Source: an uncultured Rhodothermales bacterium
GTDB lineage: Bacteria > Bacteroidota > Rhodothermia > Rhodothermales > CAZKDQ01
Assembly (NCBI GenBank): GCA_964603055.1
Contig: CAZRTY010000003.1
Location: forward strand, 1 to 40,762
Reading direction: 5' to 3'
DNA length: 40,762 nucleotides
Of the stretch, positions 17,569 to 25,622 are shown in pieces. The notes beneath the pieces were generated by a model. It saw only the letters and a list, made by a program, of their open reading frames with translations. It was not told the DNA's origin and searched no databases. Each line of letters opens with the position of its first letter. Position 1 is the first letter of the stretch. A program made the position numbers and the translations under genes.

Positions 17569-20500
17569 ATGCCTCAGTTTAGTCACCTTCACGTCCATAC
17601 CCAGTACTCACTGCTCGACGGTGCTGCGCGTATCAATCAGCTCGTTTCGCGCGCGGCCGAGCTCGAGATGCCGGCGATTGCCATCACCGATCACGGCAAT
17701 TTGTTCGGCGTGCCCGAGTTCTACCATTCGGCCCGCAAGGCAGGCGTCCGGCCCATCATCGGGTGCGAGTTTTATATCACGCCGGCGGGCATGGGCGACC
17801 GCAACGACCGTACGCGGTATCACCAGGTGCTACTGGCCAAAAACGAGACCGGCTATCGCAACCTGATGAAACTGTCGTCGCTGTCGTACATGGACGGCTA
17901 CTACTATAAGCCGCGTCTTGACGTCGAGACGCTGGAGAAGTACAGCGACGGTCTTGTAGCAACCACGTGCTGCCTTCAAGGCGAAGTGTTGCAGACGATT
18001 CTGCACAAAGGTGAAGAGGCCGCCCGGACGGTGTTCGAAAAATGGCTCGGCATCTTCGGCGACGACTATTACATCGAGATCCAGGATCACGGCATCGGCG
18101 ATCAGCAGACGTGCAACCATGTTCTGCTGAAATGGGCGAAGGAATACAACGTCAAGGTCATCGCCTCCAACGATGTTCACTACGTCAACCAGGAAGATGC
18201 CGCCGCGCAGGATGTCTTGCTCTGCCTGCAAACGGGCAAGGAGCTGAACGACCCGAACCGGATGCGATTCGACGGCGATCAGTTTTTCCTGAAAGACGTC
18301 GACCAGATGCGGATGTCGCTGCGGGATCTCGACCCGATGATGCGCGACTCGGCGCTCGCCAACACGCAAGAGATCGTCGACAAGTGCGCGATCGAGCTGT
18401 CGATGGGCAAGCTGCTCATGCCGCACTACCCGATCCCACAACAGTTCGGGAACGATATGGATGCCTACCTGCGGCATCTCGTCTACGAACGTGCGCGGAT
18501 GCGATATCCCGAGATGTCTCAGACGGTGGTCGAGCGGCTCGATCATGAGCTGGCGATCATCAGGGAGATGGGATACGCCGGGTACTTTCTGATCGTGCAG
18601 GACTTCACCTCGGTGGCGCGGGATCTCGATGTGCGCGTGGGCCCCGGCCGTGGCTCGGCTGCCGGAAGCGCCGTCGCCTTCTGCCTCGGCATCACCAACA
18701 TCGACCCGCTGCGCTACGACCTCCTCTTTGAGCGCTTCCTCAACCCGGAGCGCGTATCGATGCCCGATATCGACATCGACTTTGACGACCGGGGGCGCTC
18801 GAAGGTCATCGACTACGTGGTCAAGAAGTACGGCCGCGATAACGTGTGCCAGATCATCACGTTTGGAACGATGGGCGCGAAGTCGGTCATTCGGGATGTG
18901 GCGCGTGTACTCGACCTGCCGCTGAGCGAGGCCGACCGAATCGCGAAGCTCATTCCGGATGGGCCGAGCGTCTCCCTTCAGAAGGCGGCGGATGAGGTGC
19001 CGGAATTTAGAGCGCTAAAGAAGGAGTCCGATCCGCAGATCCAGAAGCTCCTCCATTACGCGCAGGTGCTCGAGGGTTCGGCGCGCCACACCGGCGTTCA
19101 TGCCGCCGGCGTGATCATCGCACCCGGCAACGTGAGCGATTACGTGCCGGTTGCAGTCGCCAAAAGCAAGAACGACGACGTCGTCACCACGCAATACGAC
19201 GGCAAGTGGGTGGAGAACTTCGGGCTGTTGAAGATGGACTTCCTCGGCCTGAAGACGCTCACGGTACTGAACGATGCACTGGATCTTATCCGTGAGAACC
19301 ACGGGGTCGAGATCGATCTCGACACGATTCCTCTGGATGACGAAAAGACATTCCAGCTCTTTCAGGAAGCCGAAACCGTTGCCGTTTTCCAGTTTGAATC
19401 ATCGGGAATGCGCGAATGGCTGCGGAAGCTGAAGCCGACATCGCTCGATGATTTGATTGCGATGAACGCGCTCTACCGCCCGGGGCCAATGCAGTACATC
19501 CCCGATTACATCAACCGGAAGCACGGCCGCGAGAAGGTCGACTACTGGCACCCGATGCTCGAAGATATCCTGAAGCCCACGTATGGCATTCCGGTGTATC
19601 AGGAGCAAGTGATGCAGATGGCGCAGGTGATGGGCGGCTATACGCTCGGAGGCGCCGACATTCTGCGGCGGGCGATGGGCAAGAAGGATCCCGAGGAGAT
19701 GGCGCGGCAGCGTTCCATTTTCGTGGAAGGAGCGGTGGAACGAGGCGTCGACGAGAAACACGCGAACAAGGTCTTCGACACGATGGCCGCCTTCGCCGGA
19801 TACGGCTTCAACAAGAGTCACTCGGCCGCCTACTCCGTTGTGGCCTATCAGACGGCGTACTTGAAGGCGAATTACCCGGCGGAGTTCATGGCCGCGGCGA
19901 TGACCAACGAGATGAACGACTCGAAGAAGCTCGCCGTCGTCCTCGAGGAGGCTCGGCGAAAGGGCATCGAGATGCTTCCGCCTTCGGTCAATGGCAGTAA
20001 GGCGAATTTCTCGGTCGAAGACGGAAAGATCCGCTTTGGTCTCGGCGCCATCAAAGGCGTGGGACGCAACGCAATCGAGGCGATCATCACCGCACGCGAG
20101 AAACACGGTCCCCCAAGTACCCTCTACGAGCTCGTCAAGAATCTCGACCTGCGCATTGTTAACAAGAAGGCGCTCGAATGCATGGCCGGGGTTGGCGCAC
20201 TCGATGAGTTGGAAGGACACCGCGCTCAGCACGTCGCCGCGCTCGACACGGCCGTCCAGTATGCGCAGCGCATTCAGGCTGACGAGCTGGCGGGCCAGAA
20301 CTCGCTCTTCGGATCGTCTGGCGATGGGGCCGCGACGATGGAGCCGACGCTGCCCATGGCCGACAAATGGACGAAGGCGCAGATGCTAAAGCAGGAGCGC
20401 GATCTGATCGGCGTGTATGTGAGCGGGCATCCGCTCGACGCTTATCAACCGGAGATCCGCGCCTTTTCGACGGGCGAGCTGGGCAAGCCCGACGACCTGG

Positions 20501-21060
20501 GCATCGACGAGTCGGAAGATGCATCCGACAAGCGCCAGAACGGCCGAAGCCGCGGTCCCGTGCATTCGTTCTGCGGAATCATCACGGATGTCAGCCGTCG
20601 GACGACCCGCACCGGCAAACCGATCGCATTCGTGACCCTGGAAGACTTCACGGGGCAGGGTGAATTGATCTGCTTCTCGTCGACCTTCGACAAAGTGCAG
20701 AATTATCTTGTGCCCGATGAGATCGTGCTTGCGCGCGGCGAAACCGAACTCAGGGGCGGATCGGTCAAGGTCATCGTGCAGGATATCATGCCGATGTGGA
20801 AGGTGCGCGAGCAGCTCGTCAAGTCGATTACGCTGCGTGTGGATATCGATCGGATGAAGCCGGAGCCACTTCGCTCGTTCATGCAAACCTGCGACGACAA
20901 CCGCGGCCAGTGCAAGCTCTACTTCGACGTCGTGGCCGACGATCTGCCCGAATCAGCCCGGCTGCACGCCCGCAAGTTCGTGATCGATCCAACGCCGGAC
21001 CTTCTGAAAGAGGCGGCTAACGTGTTCGGGCGCGATAACGTAATCCTTGCGGGAGAATGA
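17569..21060 (+). CDS. dnaE: DNA polymerase III alpha subunit
   Basis: The tracked ORF starts at TTG 17563, but ATG 17569 gives the canonical MPQFSHLHVHTQYSLLDGA PHP start. Also present: GPGRGSAAGSAVAFCLGIT, MPDIDIDF, the beta-binding/HhH region and a C-terminal OB fold. Confidence 0.95.
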   Translation: MPQFSHLHVHTQYSLLDGAARINQLVSRAAELEMPAIAITDHGNLFGVPEFYHSARKAGVRPIIGCEFYITPAGMGDRNDRTRYHQVLLAKNETGYRNLMKLSSLSYMDGYYYKPRLDVETLEKYSDGLVATTCCLQGEVLQTILHKGEEAARTVFEKWLGIFGDDYYIEIQDHGIGDQQTCNHVLLKWAKEYNVKVIASNDVHYVNQEDAAAQDVLLCLQTGKELNDPNRMRFDGDQFFLKDVDQMRMSLRDLDPMMRDSALANTQEIVDKCAIELSMGKLLMPHYPIPQQFGNDMDAYLRHLVYERARMRYPEMSQTVVERLDHELAIIREMGYAGYFLIVQDFTSVARDLDVRVGPGRGSAAGSAVAFCLGITNIDPLRYDLLFERFLNPERVSMPDIDIDFDDRGRSKVIDYVVKKYGRDNVCQIITFGTMGAKSVIRDVARVLDLPLSEADRIAKLIPDGPSVSLQKAADEVPEFRALKKESDPQIQKLLHYAQVLEGSARHTGVHAAGVIIAPGNVSDYVPVAVAKSKNDDVVTTQYDGKWVENFGLLKMDFLGLKTLTVLNDALDLIRENHGVEIDLDTIPLDDEKTFQLFQEAETVAVFQFESSGMREWLRKLKPTSLDDLIAMNALYRPGPMQYIPDYINRKHGREKVDYWHPMLEDILKPTYGIPVYQEQVMQMAQVMGGYTLGGADILRRAMGKKDPEEMARQRSIFVEGAVERGVDEKHANKVFDTMAAFAGYGFNKSHSAAYSVVAYQTAYLKANYPAEFMAAAMTNEMNDSKKLAVVLEEARRKGIEMLPPSVNGSKANFSVEDGKIRFGLGAIKGVGRNAIEAIITAREKHGPPSTLYELVKNLDLRIVNKKALECMAGVGALDELEGHRAQHVAALDTAVQYAQRIQADELAGQNSLFGSSGDGAATMEPTLPMADKWTKAQMLKQERDLIGVYVSGHPLDAYQPEIRAFSTGELGKPDDLGIDESEDASDKRQNGRSRGPVHSFCGIITDVSRRTTRTGKPIAFVTLEDFTGQGELICFSSTFDKVQNYLVPDEIVLARGETELRGGSVKVIVQDIMPMWKVREQLVKSITLRVDIDRMKPEPLRSFMQTCDDNRGQCKLYFDVVADDLPESARLHARKFVIDPTPDLLKEAANVFGRDNVILAGE

Positions 21061-21662
21061 TCTGGGATGAGCGAACGGGAGCGAGAAGCGATGTGCACTC
21101 GCCGGTCATCGATCTGGACGAGCCTTTTCAGACGATCGATTTACGTGCGGTATACGATCCGCAGGTGATTCTCGACATGATGCCGGCGGTTGGCGGATAT
21201 GAAGAGGAGCGCTCGCCGGGTATGTACGATGGGCCGCTGTACGCGGACGGACGCACGCTCCACATGGGCGTCGACTTCTGGGTGCCCGCCGGGACGCCGG
21301 TACTTGCCGTGGCGCCGGGCCGCATTTACGGACTGGCCGACAACCGCGGCCGGAAAGATTATGGCCCGACGATTATAACCGAGCACGTCTTGGATGGGCG
21401 CCCGATCTGGATGCTCTACGGACATCTGGCTACCGAATCGCTGACACACGTTCGGAAAGACCAGGCCATCGAGCCAGGCGATGTAATTGGTTTTGTGGGG
21501 ACGGAATCAGAGAACGGCGGCTGGGTGCCTCACCTCCACGCGCAACTATCTACACGCCGGCCCACGAAGATCGACCTGCCGGGCGTCGTGAGGACGGATG
21601 AGCGGGCGACAGCACGCGAATTATATCCCGACCCAAGGCTAATACTAGGTCGCGTCTATTGA
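21057..21662 (+). CDS. M23-family metallopeptidase domain protein without a signal peptide
   Basis: 201 aa. HxxxD (HMGVDF) and HxH (HLHAQL) zinc motifs, plus LYGHL. The ATG overlaps the dnaE TGA (ATGA at 21057..21060). The N-terminus is hydrophilic (MIWDERTGARSDVH). Confidence 0.8.
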   Translation: MIWDERTGARSDVHSPVIDLDEPFQTIDLRAVYDPQVILDMMPAVGGYEEERSPGMYDGPLYADGRTLHMGVDFWVPAGTPVLAVAPGRIYGLADNRGRKDYGPTIITEHVLDGRPIWMLYGHLATESLTHVRKDQAIEPGDVIGFVGTESENGGWVPHLHAQLSTRRPTKIDLPGVVRTDERATARELYPDPRLILGRVY

Positions 21663-21826
21663 TTGTGGGTGTTTATTGGCAGGCCCGTATTTTCGACGAT
21701 TATTACCGAGCACTATTGATTTATGCCGTCGATTTATACTGCTTACGTTGATCTCCTGCGCCGGTTGACGGCTATCTTACCGGGCCCCCAGACCGCCCAC
21801 AGTCCCGAACCAGAACTCGTCTAGAC

Positions 21827-22057
21827 ATGGCCGATCCGAATAAGAAATCCTCTGCGATCATTGTCGGTGTCGCTGTCGCCGTCGCTGTAATCGTCGTCAT
21901 TTTCATCTTCTTCGTCTGGCCGAACATGGACACGGGCGACGGCGTCGACATTGAGATAACCGATCCAACCGAGCAGATCGAGGAGCCGGACGTCGAAATT
22001 GATATTGAGCCGCCTTCCGAGCCGGAGACGTCCGCCCCTGTCGACACGCTGCCGTAA
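21827..22057 (+). CDS. Small single-pass membrane protein with a highly acidic tail
   Basis: 76 aa. MADPNKKSS, then a TM helix (AIIVGVAVAVAVIVVIFIFFVW), then a D/E/P-rich tail (DIEITDPTEQIEEPDVEIDIEPPSEPE). No recognisable family. Confidence 0.5.
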   Translation: MADPNKKSSAIIVGVAVAVAVIVVIFIFFVWPNMDTGDGVDIEITDPTEQIEEPDVEIDIEPPSEPETSAPVDTLP

Positions 22058-22092
22058 ATTGCCCTCCGTACTAATCCTCCATTCGTAAATCG

Positions 22093-22425
22093 ATGGCCCG
22101 CCCCTCTGTAACTGATGACGGGAGTTCCGTCACTCTTGATCTCCACGGCGCAACGGTCGATGAAGCCATCCGCCTCGTGCACGCCGTCGTTCGGGAAGCG
22201 CACGCACGAGGTCGATCGTCCGTCCGCGTCGTCCATGGGTCTTCGACGAGCGATCCTCTGCTGGGTAATCGCACGATCAAGCATGAACTGCATACCGAGC
22301 TGGATGCCGGAGCGATGAGTTCCGTTGTGACAGGTGCGTTGAGACTCGAGAATGAGACTGTTTTGTCGTTGCCGATCGGCTCCAGGAATCAGTCCGCTCG
22401 GATATCTCTGCTCGACGTCGTATGA
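22093..22425 (+). CDS. Smr (small MutS-related) domain protein
   Basis: 110 aa. LDLHGATVDEAIRLVHAVVREAHARGRSSVRVVHG matches the Smr LDLHG...A...HG pattern. Confidence 0.7.
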   Translation: MARPSVTDDGSSVTLDLHGATVDEAIRLVHAVVREAHARGRSSVRVVHGSSTSDPLLGNRTIKHELHTELDAGAMSSVVTGALRLENETVLSLPIGSRNQSARISLLDVV

Positions 22426-22652
22426 CGTACCAAATTCACTTTCTCCGGTTTGAGCCAGGAAATTCGGTGCCGAGACATGGTTTGCATAGAACATGCGGAT
22501 TATCTCTCCGTTACATAATTTAGACACATCGTGGTGAGGCTGTCGTTCAAGGGCGTGCGAGTTATTACGCCTACGTCAACGTCGGCTCGGCACGACCTCA
22601 CTACTGATGCATTGCAAGCCGGAGTAATCGTTTGAACGAATCGCCGCGGGAT

Positions 22653-24512
22653 ATGGAGTCGAAAACGGGTCGGGTTCAGGATGGAGAGAGCGAACAGCAC
22701 CCGGCACGCCGGAAGAAGCGTGTCGTGCTGGGCGGTCGACGGGCCACTGTGGCCTCGTTTGCCGCTATCGGCGTGATCGTTCTTGCGTTAGTTGCGCTTG
22801 GGCGGTTCGACTCCGTCGCCAACAACCTCCTCGACCGCTTTCGCGAGACGCCGGGACGCATTGCCGCAGTGGCAGAGGCGCCCGAAGTTCTTGAGATGGA
22901 GGACATCTCACTTGTATTCGCTGAGATGGATATCCACCCGGACGTCCTTTTCAGCCCGTACCTCGATGGCGCCATTCTCGCTAACGGCGAAGAAGACGTT
23001 CAGAGACGGATGATCGGCCAGTTCCGCGAACTGCTCGATATGTACGTCCAGCGCCAGGGCGTCGACGACAACTTCACCATCCGTGTACTCGACGGTCGAA
23101 CCAACGAAACGCTGGAAGTCGCCGAACTCACGGCGCAGCGGATGGAATACCAGACAACAGGGTCCGTCAACTGGGGCGCCGTCGATAACATCCGGCGATC
23201 GGAGACGAACCGACTCGTCTCGAAGTGGCAGGGTCGCGGCATTCCGCGCGGCAGCGTGGTGGTGCGCTGGGGCCGTGCCGACCAGATCCGCGAGGCGCGC
23301 GAACGTAACGCGCCATTCATCGAGCATGAGCTCAACCTGGCTCGTCGACTTGGCTTGAGCCTCCTCGCCACGCAAATCCCGACCGTCGAGACATTCAACC
23401 AGGACCGGCTGATCTCGTCGGTTGGCGCGCGCAGTCGCTATCAGATGATGCCGTATCTGCTGCGGCAGAACGGCATCCACCACTACACGCTGCGCACGGC
23501 ATCAGGCAGCAGTGTTCAGGTGTTCGAGGAGTGGCATCCGCTGCTGACGCTCGAGCCGGCGTTCGCCACGCTGAAGGGCTATATCAACGCGGTGGGGCAT
23601 GAGATCCCTGGTGTTTCTGCGTATCACACGGGGCCCGGCAACATCTTCATGGTTTACCGCACGTTCCTCGACAATATCCGTAGCGTGTCGAGTTCGACCA
23701 GTGTGGCAGACGCCTACCTGTGGGCCGTAACCGAAGGGTTCGACACGGTCTCGCAAGGCACGTCGTTCAAGACGTACTCGCGGGGCTACGTGCCGTCAAA
23801 CTATGGCGCGTTGAAGGCAACCGAGGACACGCCGATCGATACGCTGCAGACGTTCCTTGCGGAGCGGGTCGTGTTGCAGTCGGGCGCGAGCATTTATCTG
23901 AGCGAGGTTATCGATCTGCTCGAGAACGATGCCACGTTCATGGCCACGAACCGGAGGATAGCCTCAACGCGAGACCTCCCCTCCCGCCTTTACAATCAGA
24001 TTCGTGATCTGAACCCGCACATCCAGCTTCCAGCCTTCGAGGAGACAGGGTTGCCCCCTGGCGGCGACGTCCGCTTTACCGCGACGTCGGATAACGTTCC
24101 GGTACGCTTCTTCTTACCCATCGGCGCGATGGATGCGCTTGAACGGAACGGTCGCGATATCGTCAACCGTACGGAATCGTTCGTCTACGACCGTAATGCG
24201 CTGGGCACGCCCGCACCTGAGGAGGTGACGATGTATGACCGGCAATATGAGGCGCTTGTACACGATGTAGCCAACTTCGGCTTCACCAACGAAAACCGAG
24301 CACGGCTTATCCGGCTCCGCGACCGGTTCCGGACAATGGCTGAAAACAATCCGTCGCACTACCGGCAGATCCAGTATCACGTCATCCGGACGCACGCACA
24401 GATCTGGCAGTCGCGGCCGTTTGATCGACTGGCCGCTGCGGTATCGGACAATGATGGCCTCCGCCGGATTGAAGGTCAGCCGCCGCAGATGCTGGGCAGC
24501 AATATGCAGTAG
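22653..24512 (+). CDS. Membrane-anchored protein with a lytic-transglycosylase (SLT/GH23-like) domain and long unassigned flanks
   Basis: The tracked ORF starts at TTG 22632; ATG 22653 (MESKTG...) is more likely. TM anchor VASFAAIGVIVLALVALG. SLT signature VETFNQDRLISSVGARSRYQMMP (nt 23388..23453; catalytic Glu, S..GA...Q.MP), and a second motif SAYHTGPGNI (equivalent to AYNAGPGxV). Confidence 0.7.
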   Translation: MESKTGRVQDGESEQHPARRKKRVVLGGRRATVASFAAIGVIVLALVALGRFDSVANNLLDRFRETPGRIAAVAEAPEVLEMEDISLVFAEMDIHPDVLFSPYLDGAILANGEEDVQRRMIGQFRELLDMYVQRQGVDDNFTIRVLDGRTNETLEVAELTAQRMEYQTTGSVNWGAVDNIRRSETNRLVSKWQGRGIPRGSVVVRWGRADQIREARERNAPFIEHELNLARRLGLSLLATQIPTVETFNQDRLISSVGARSRYQMMPYLLRQNGIHHYTLRTASGSSVQVFEEWHPLLTLEPAFATLKGYINAVGHEIPGVSAYHTGPGNIFMVYRTFLDNIRSVSSSTSVADAYLWAVTEGFDTVSQGTSFKTYSRGYVPSNYGALKATEDTPIDTLQTFLAERVVLQSGASIYLSEVIDLLENDATFMATNRRIASTRDLPSRLYNQIRDLNPHIQLPAFEETGLPPGGDVRFTATSDNVPVRFFLPIGAMDALERNGRDIVNRTESFVYDRNALGTPAPEEVTMYDRQYEALVHDVANFGFTNENRARLIRLRDRFRTMAENNPSHYRQIQYHVIRTHAQIWQSRPFDRLAAAVSDNDGLRRIEGQPPQMLGSNMQ

Positions 24513-24588
24513 CGCGGGCTGCCGTCATGATGCTTGCGATGCCGGCGCCACAAGCACTTTGTTTGGTGCCGCTCTACTGTGACCGAGC

Positions 24589-25065
24589 CTACTGCGGGAT
24601 CCCGGTTGCTGCTTCCAGCTCCTCGGCACGCCAGGGTGCGCGACGACCGGTTGCTTGACGAACGCGCTCAACGTCTTCGGCCCTGACACTGTCAGCTTCG
24701 TTTCCGAAGTTGCTTCGGACGTACGTCAGAACATCCGCCACCTGCTCATCCGACAGATGCCGGTGAGACGGCATCAGACCGTTGTATTCCACGCCTTTAA
24801 CGGTAACGGGGCCAGACAATCCGTATAGCAATAATCGGATGAGTCGCCCTTCGTCGCCCTGCACCCACTCCGTCTGACTTAGCGGCGGATATAAGCGGTT
24901 GATTCCTGAGCCGTCAGGCTGGTGGCAAACCGTACAATACTGCGCGTAAACCCGATGACCGGGGTCTTCGATCGTGTCGGCTCGGTTGTCACCCGAGCAC
25001 GCAGCAAGGAAGAAGGTCAGGCTGATGGTGAGTAACGTACTGACGTACGTCAGCGACGAACGCAT
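24589..25065 (-). CDS. Class I c-type cytochrome lipoprotein
   Basis: 158 aa. Lipobox FLAACSG, haem-binding CTVCHQ, and a distal Met in YNGLMPSH. Confidence 0.8.
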   Translation of the reverse strand: MRSSLTYVSTLLTISLTFFLAACSGDNRADTIEDPGHRVYAQYCTVCHQPDGSGINRLYPPLSQTEWVQGDEGRLIRLLLYGLSGPVTVKGVEYNGLMPSHRHLSDEQVADVLTYVRSNFGNEADSVRAEDVERVRQATGRRAPWRAEELEAATGIPQ

Positions 25066-25180
25066 GTCTGAAAGCTCAATAGACTTGTGCCCGCTTACTG
25101 ACTCTTTGAGCCGCGCGCAGGCTGGAACGGACCAGTAACTAAGATCCGGCTTTGCAACGCAGTATCCACGTGGCTTTTTC

Positions 25181-25513
25181 GTGTGGATCGTGGCACTGCT
25201 ACCGTTGGTTATGGCCGCCGTAACCTCGAACGAATACGGCTGCGGCCGCTATATAGATATGAGCAAGCACGACAACCAAACCAACGATCGCACCCTTAAC
25301 TGGATGCTGGTCGTCATGGGCACGATGATATTGCTGTCATCGGCTTTCTTTCTCTACCGCGAGATCTCGCTCAGCACGTACTACGATGTCTTCTTCACGG
25401 CTACTGCCGTAATTGGCGCCGCCCTCGTTGCCGCGGGTGTCATTGCATCCAACATGAACACGAGTTGGCAACCGCGCAAGAAGCACATGAGCGCCGTTCA
25501 AAGCGACGAATGA
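25181..25513 (+). CDS. Small hypothetical membrane protein
   Basis: 110 aa from GTG 25181, or 84 aa from ATG 25259 (MSKHDNQ...). Two clear hydrophobic helices (WMLVVMGTMILLSSAFFLY and VFFTATAVIGAALVAAGVIA). No family recognised. Confidence 0.4.
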   Translation: MWIVALLPLVMAAVTSNEYGCGRYIDMSKHDNQTNDRTLNWMLVVMGTMILLSSAFFLYREISLSTYYDVFFTATAVIGAALVAAGVIASNMNTSWQPRKKHMSAVQSDE

Positions 25514-25538
25514 CGGTTGCGCGACCTGATGCAACGTT

Positions 25539-25576
25539 AAAGGGGCTCCCTTGGCAATCGCTGCGGGGCCCCTTTT
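25539..25576. terminator. Possible bidirectional terminator hairpin between convergent genes
   Basis: aaaggggc (25539..25546) pairs with gccccttt (25568..25575), with three further inner GC pairs possible. Flanked by an A-run and a T-run. It sits between the 25513 stop (+) and the ppk stop at 25623 (-). Confidence 0.45.
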
Positions 25577-25622
25577 GCATTTGGCTCGGACGTCGTCCTG
25601 GCGAGCGCCGTCAGGTAGCCTC

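Noticed and set aside
17406-17582. 58-aa plus-strand ORF (MQEETCRAERHSVNTEGG...) spanning the dnaE upstream region
   Set aside because: It overlaps both flanking start codons. Its wobble positions are T/A-rich, unlike neighbouring genes. It contains the tandem 15-bp repeats, so it is more likely regulatory DNA.
17830-20232. Long antisense ORFs inside dnaE (17830..18546, 19399..20232, 20386..20886)
   Set aside because: They are shadow ORFs opposite an unambiguous dnaE frame.
21772-22527. 251-aa minus-strand ORF covering the small-TM and Smr genes
   Set aside because: It has no motifs. The plus-strand alternatives give a clean TM helix protein and a recognisable Smr domain.
22466-22593. 8-bp inverted repeat gtgccgag / ctcggcac about 110 nt apart in the Smr-SLT spacer
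   Set aside because: It is short enough to occur by chance in GC-rich DNA. There is no supporting nested pairing that I could verify by eye.
24544-24570. Weak hairpin between the convergent SLT-domain and cytochrome c genes
   Set aside because: The stem of about 7 bp includes a G-U pair and a mismatch, and there is no clear U-tract. It is not confident enough to list as a terminator.
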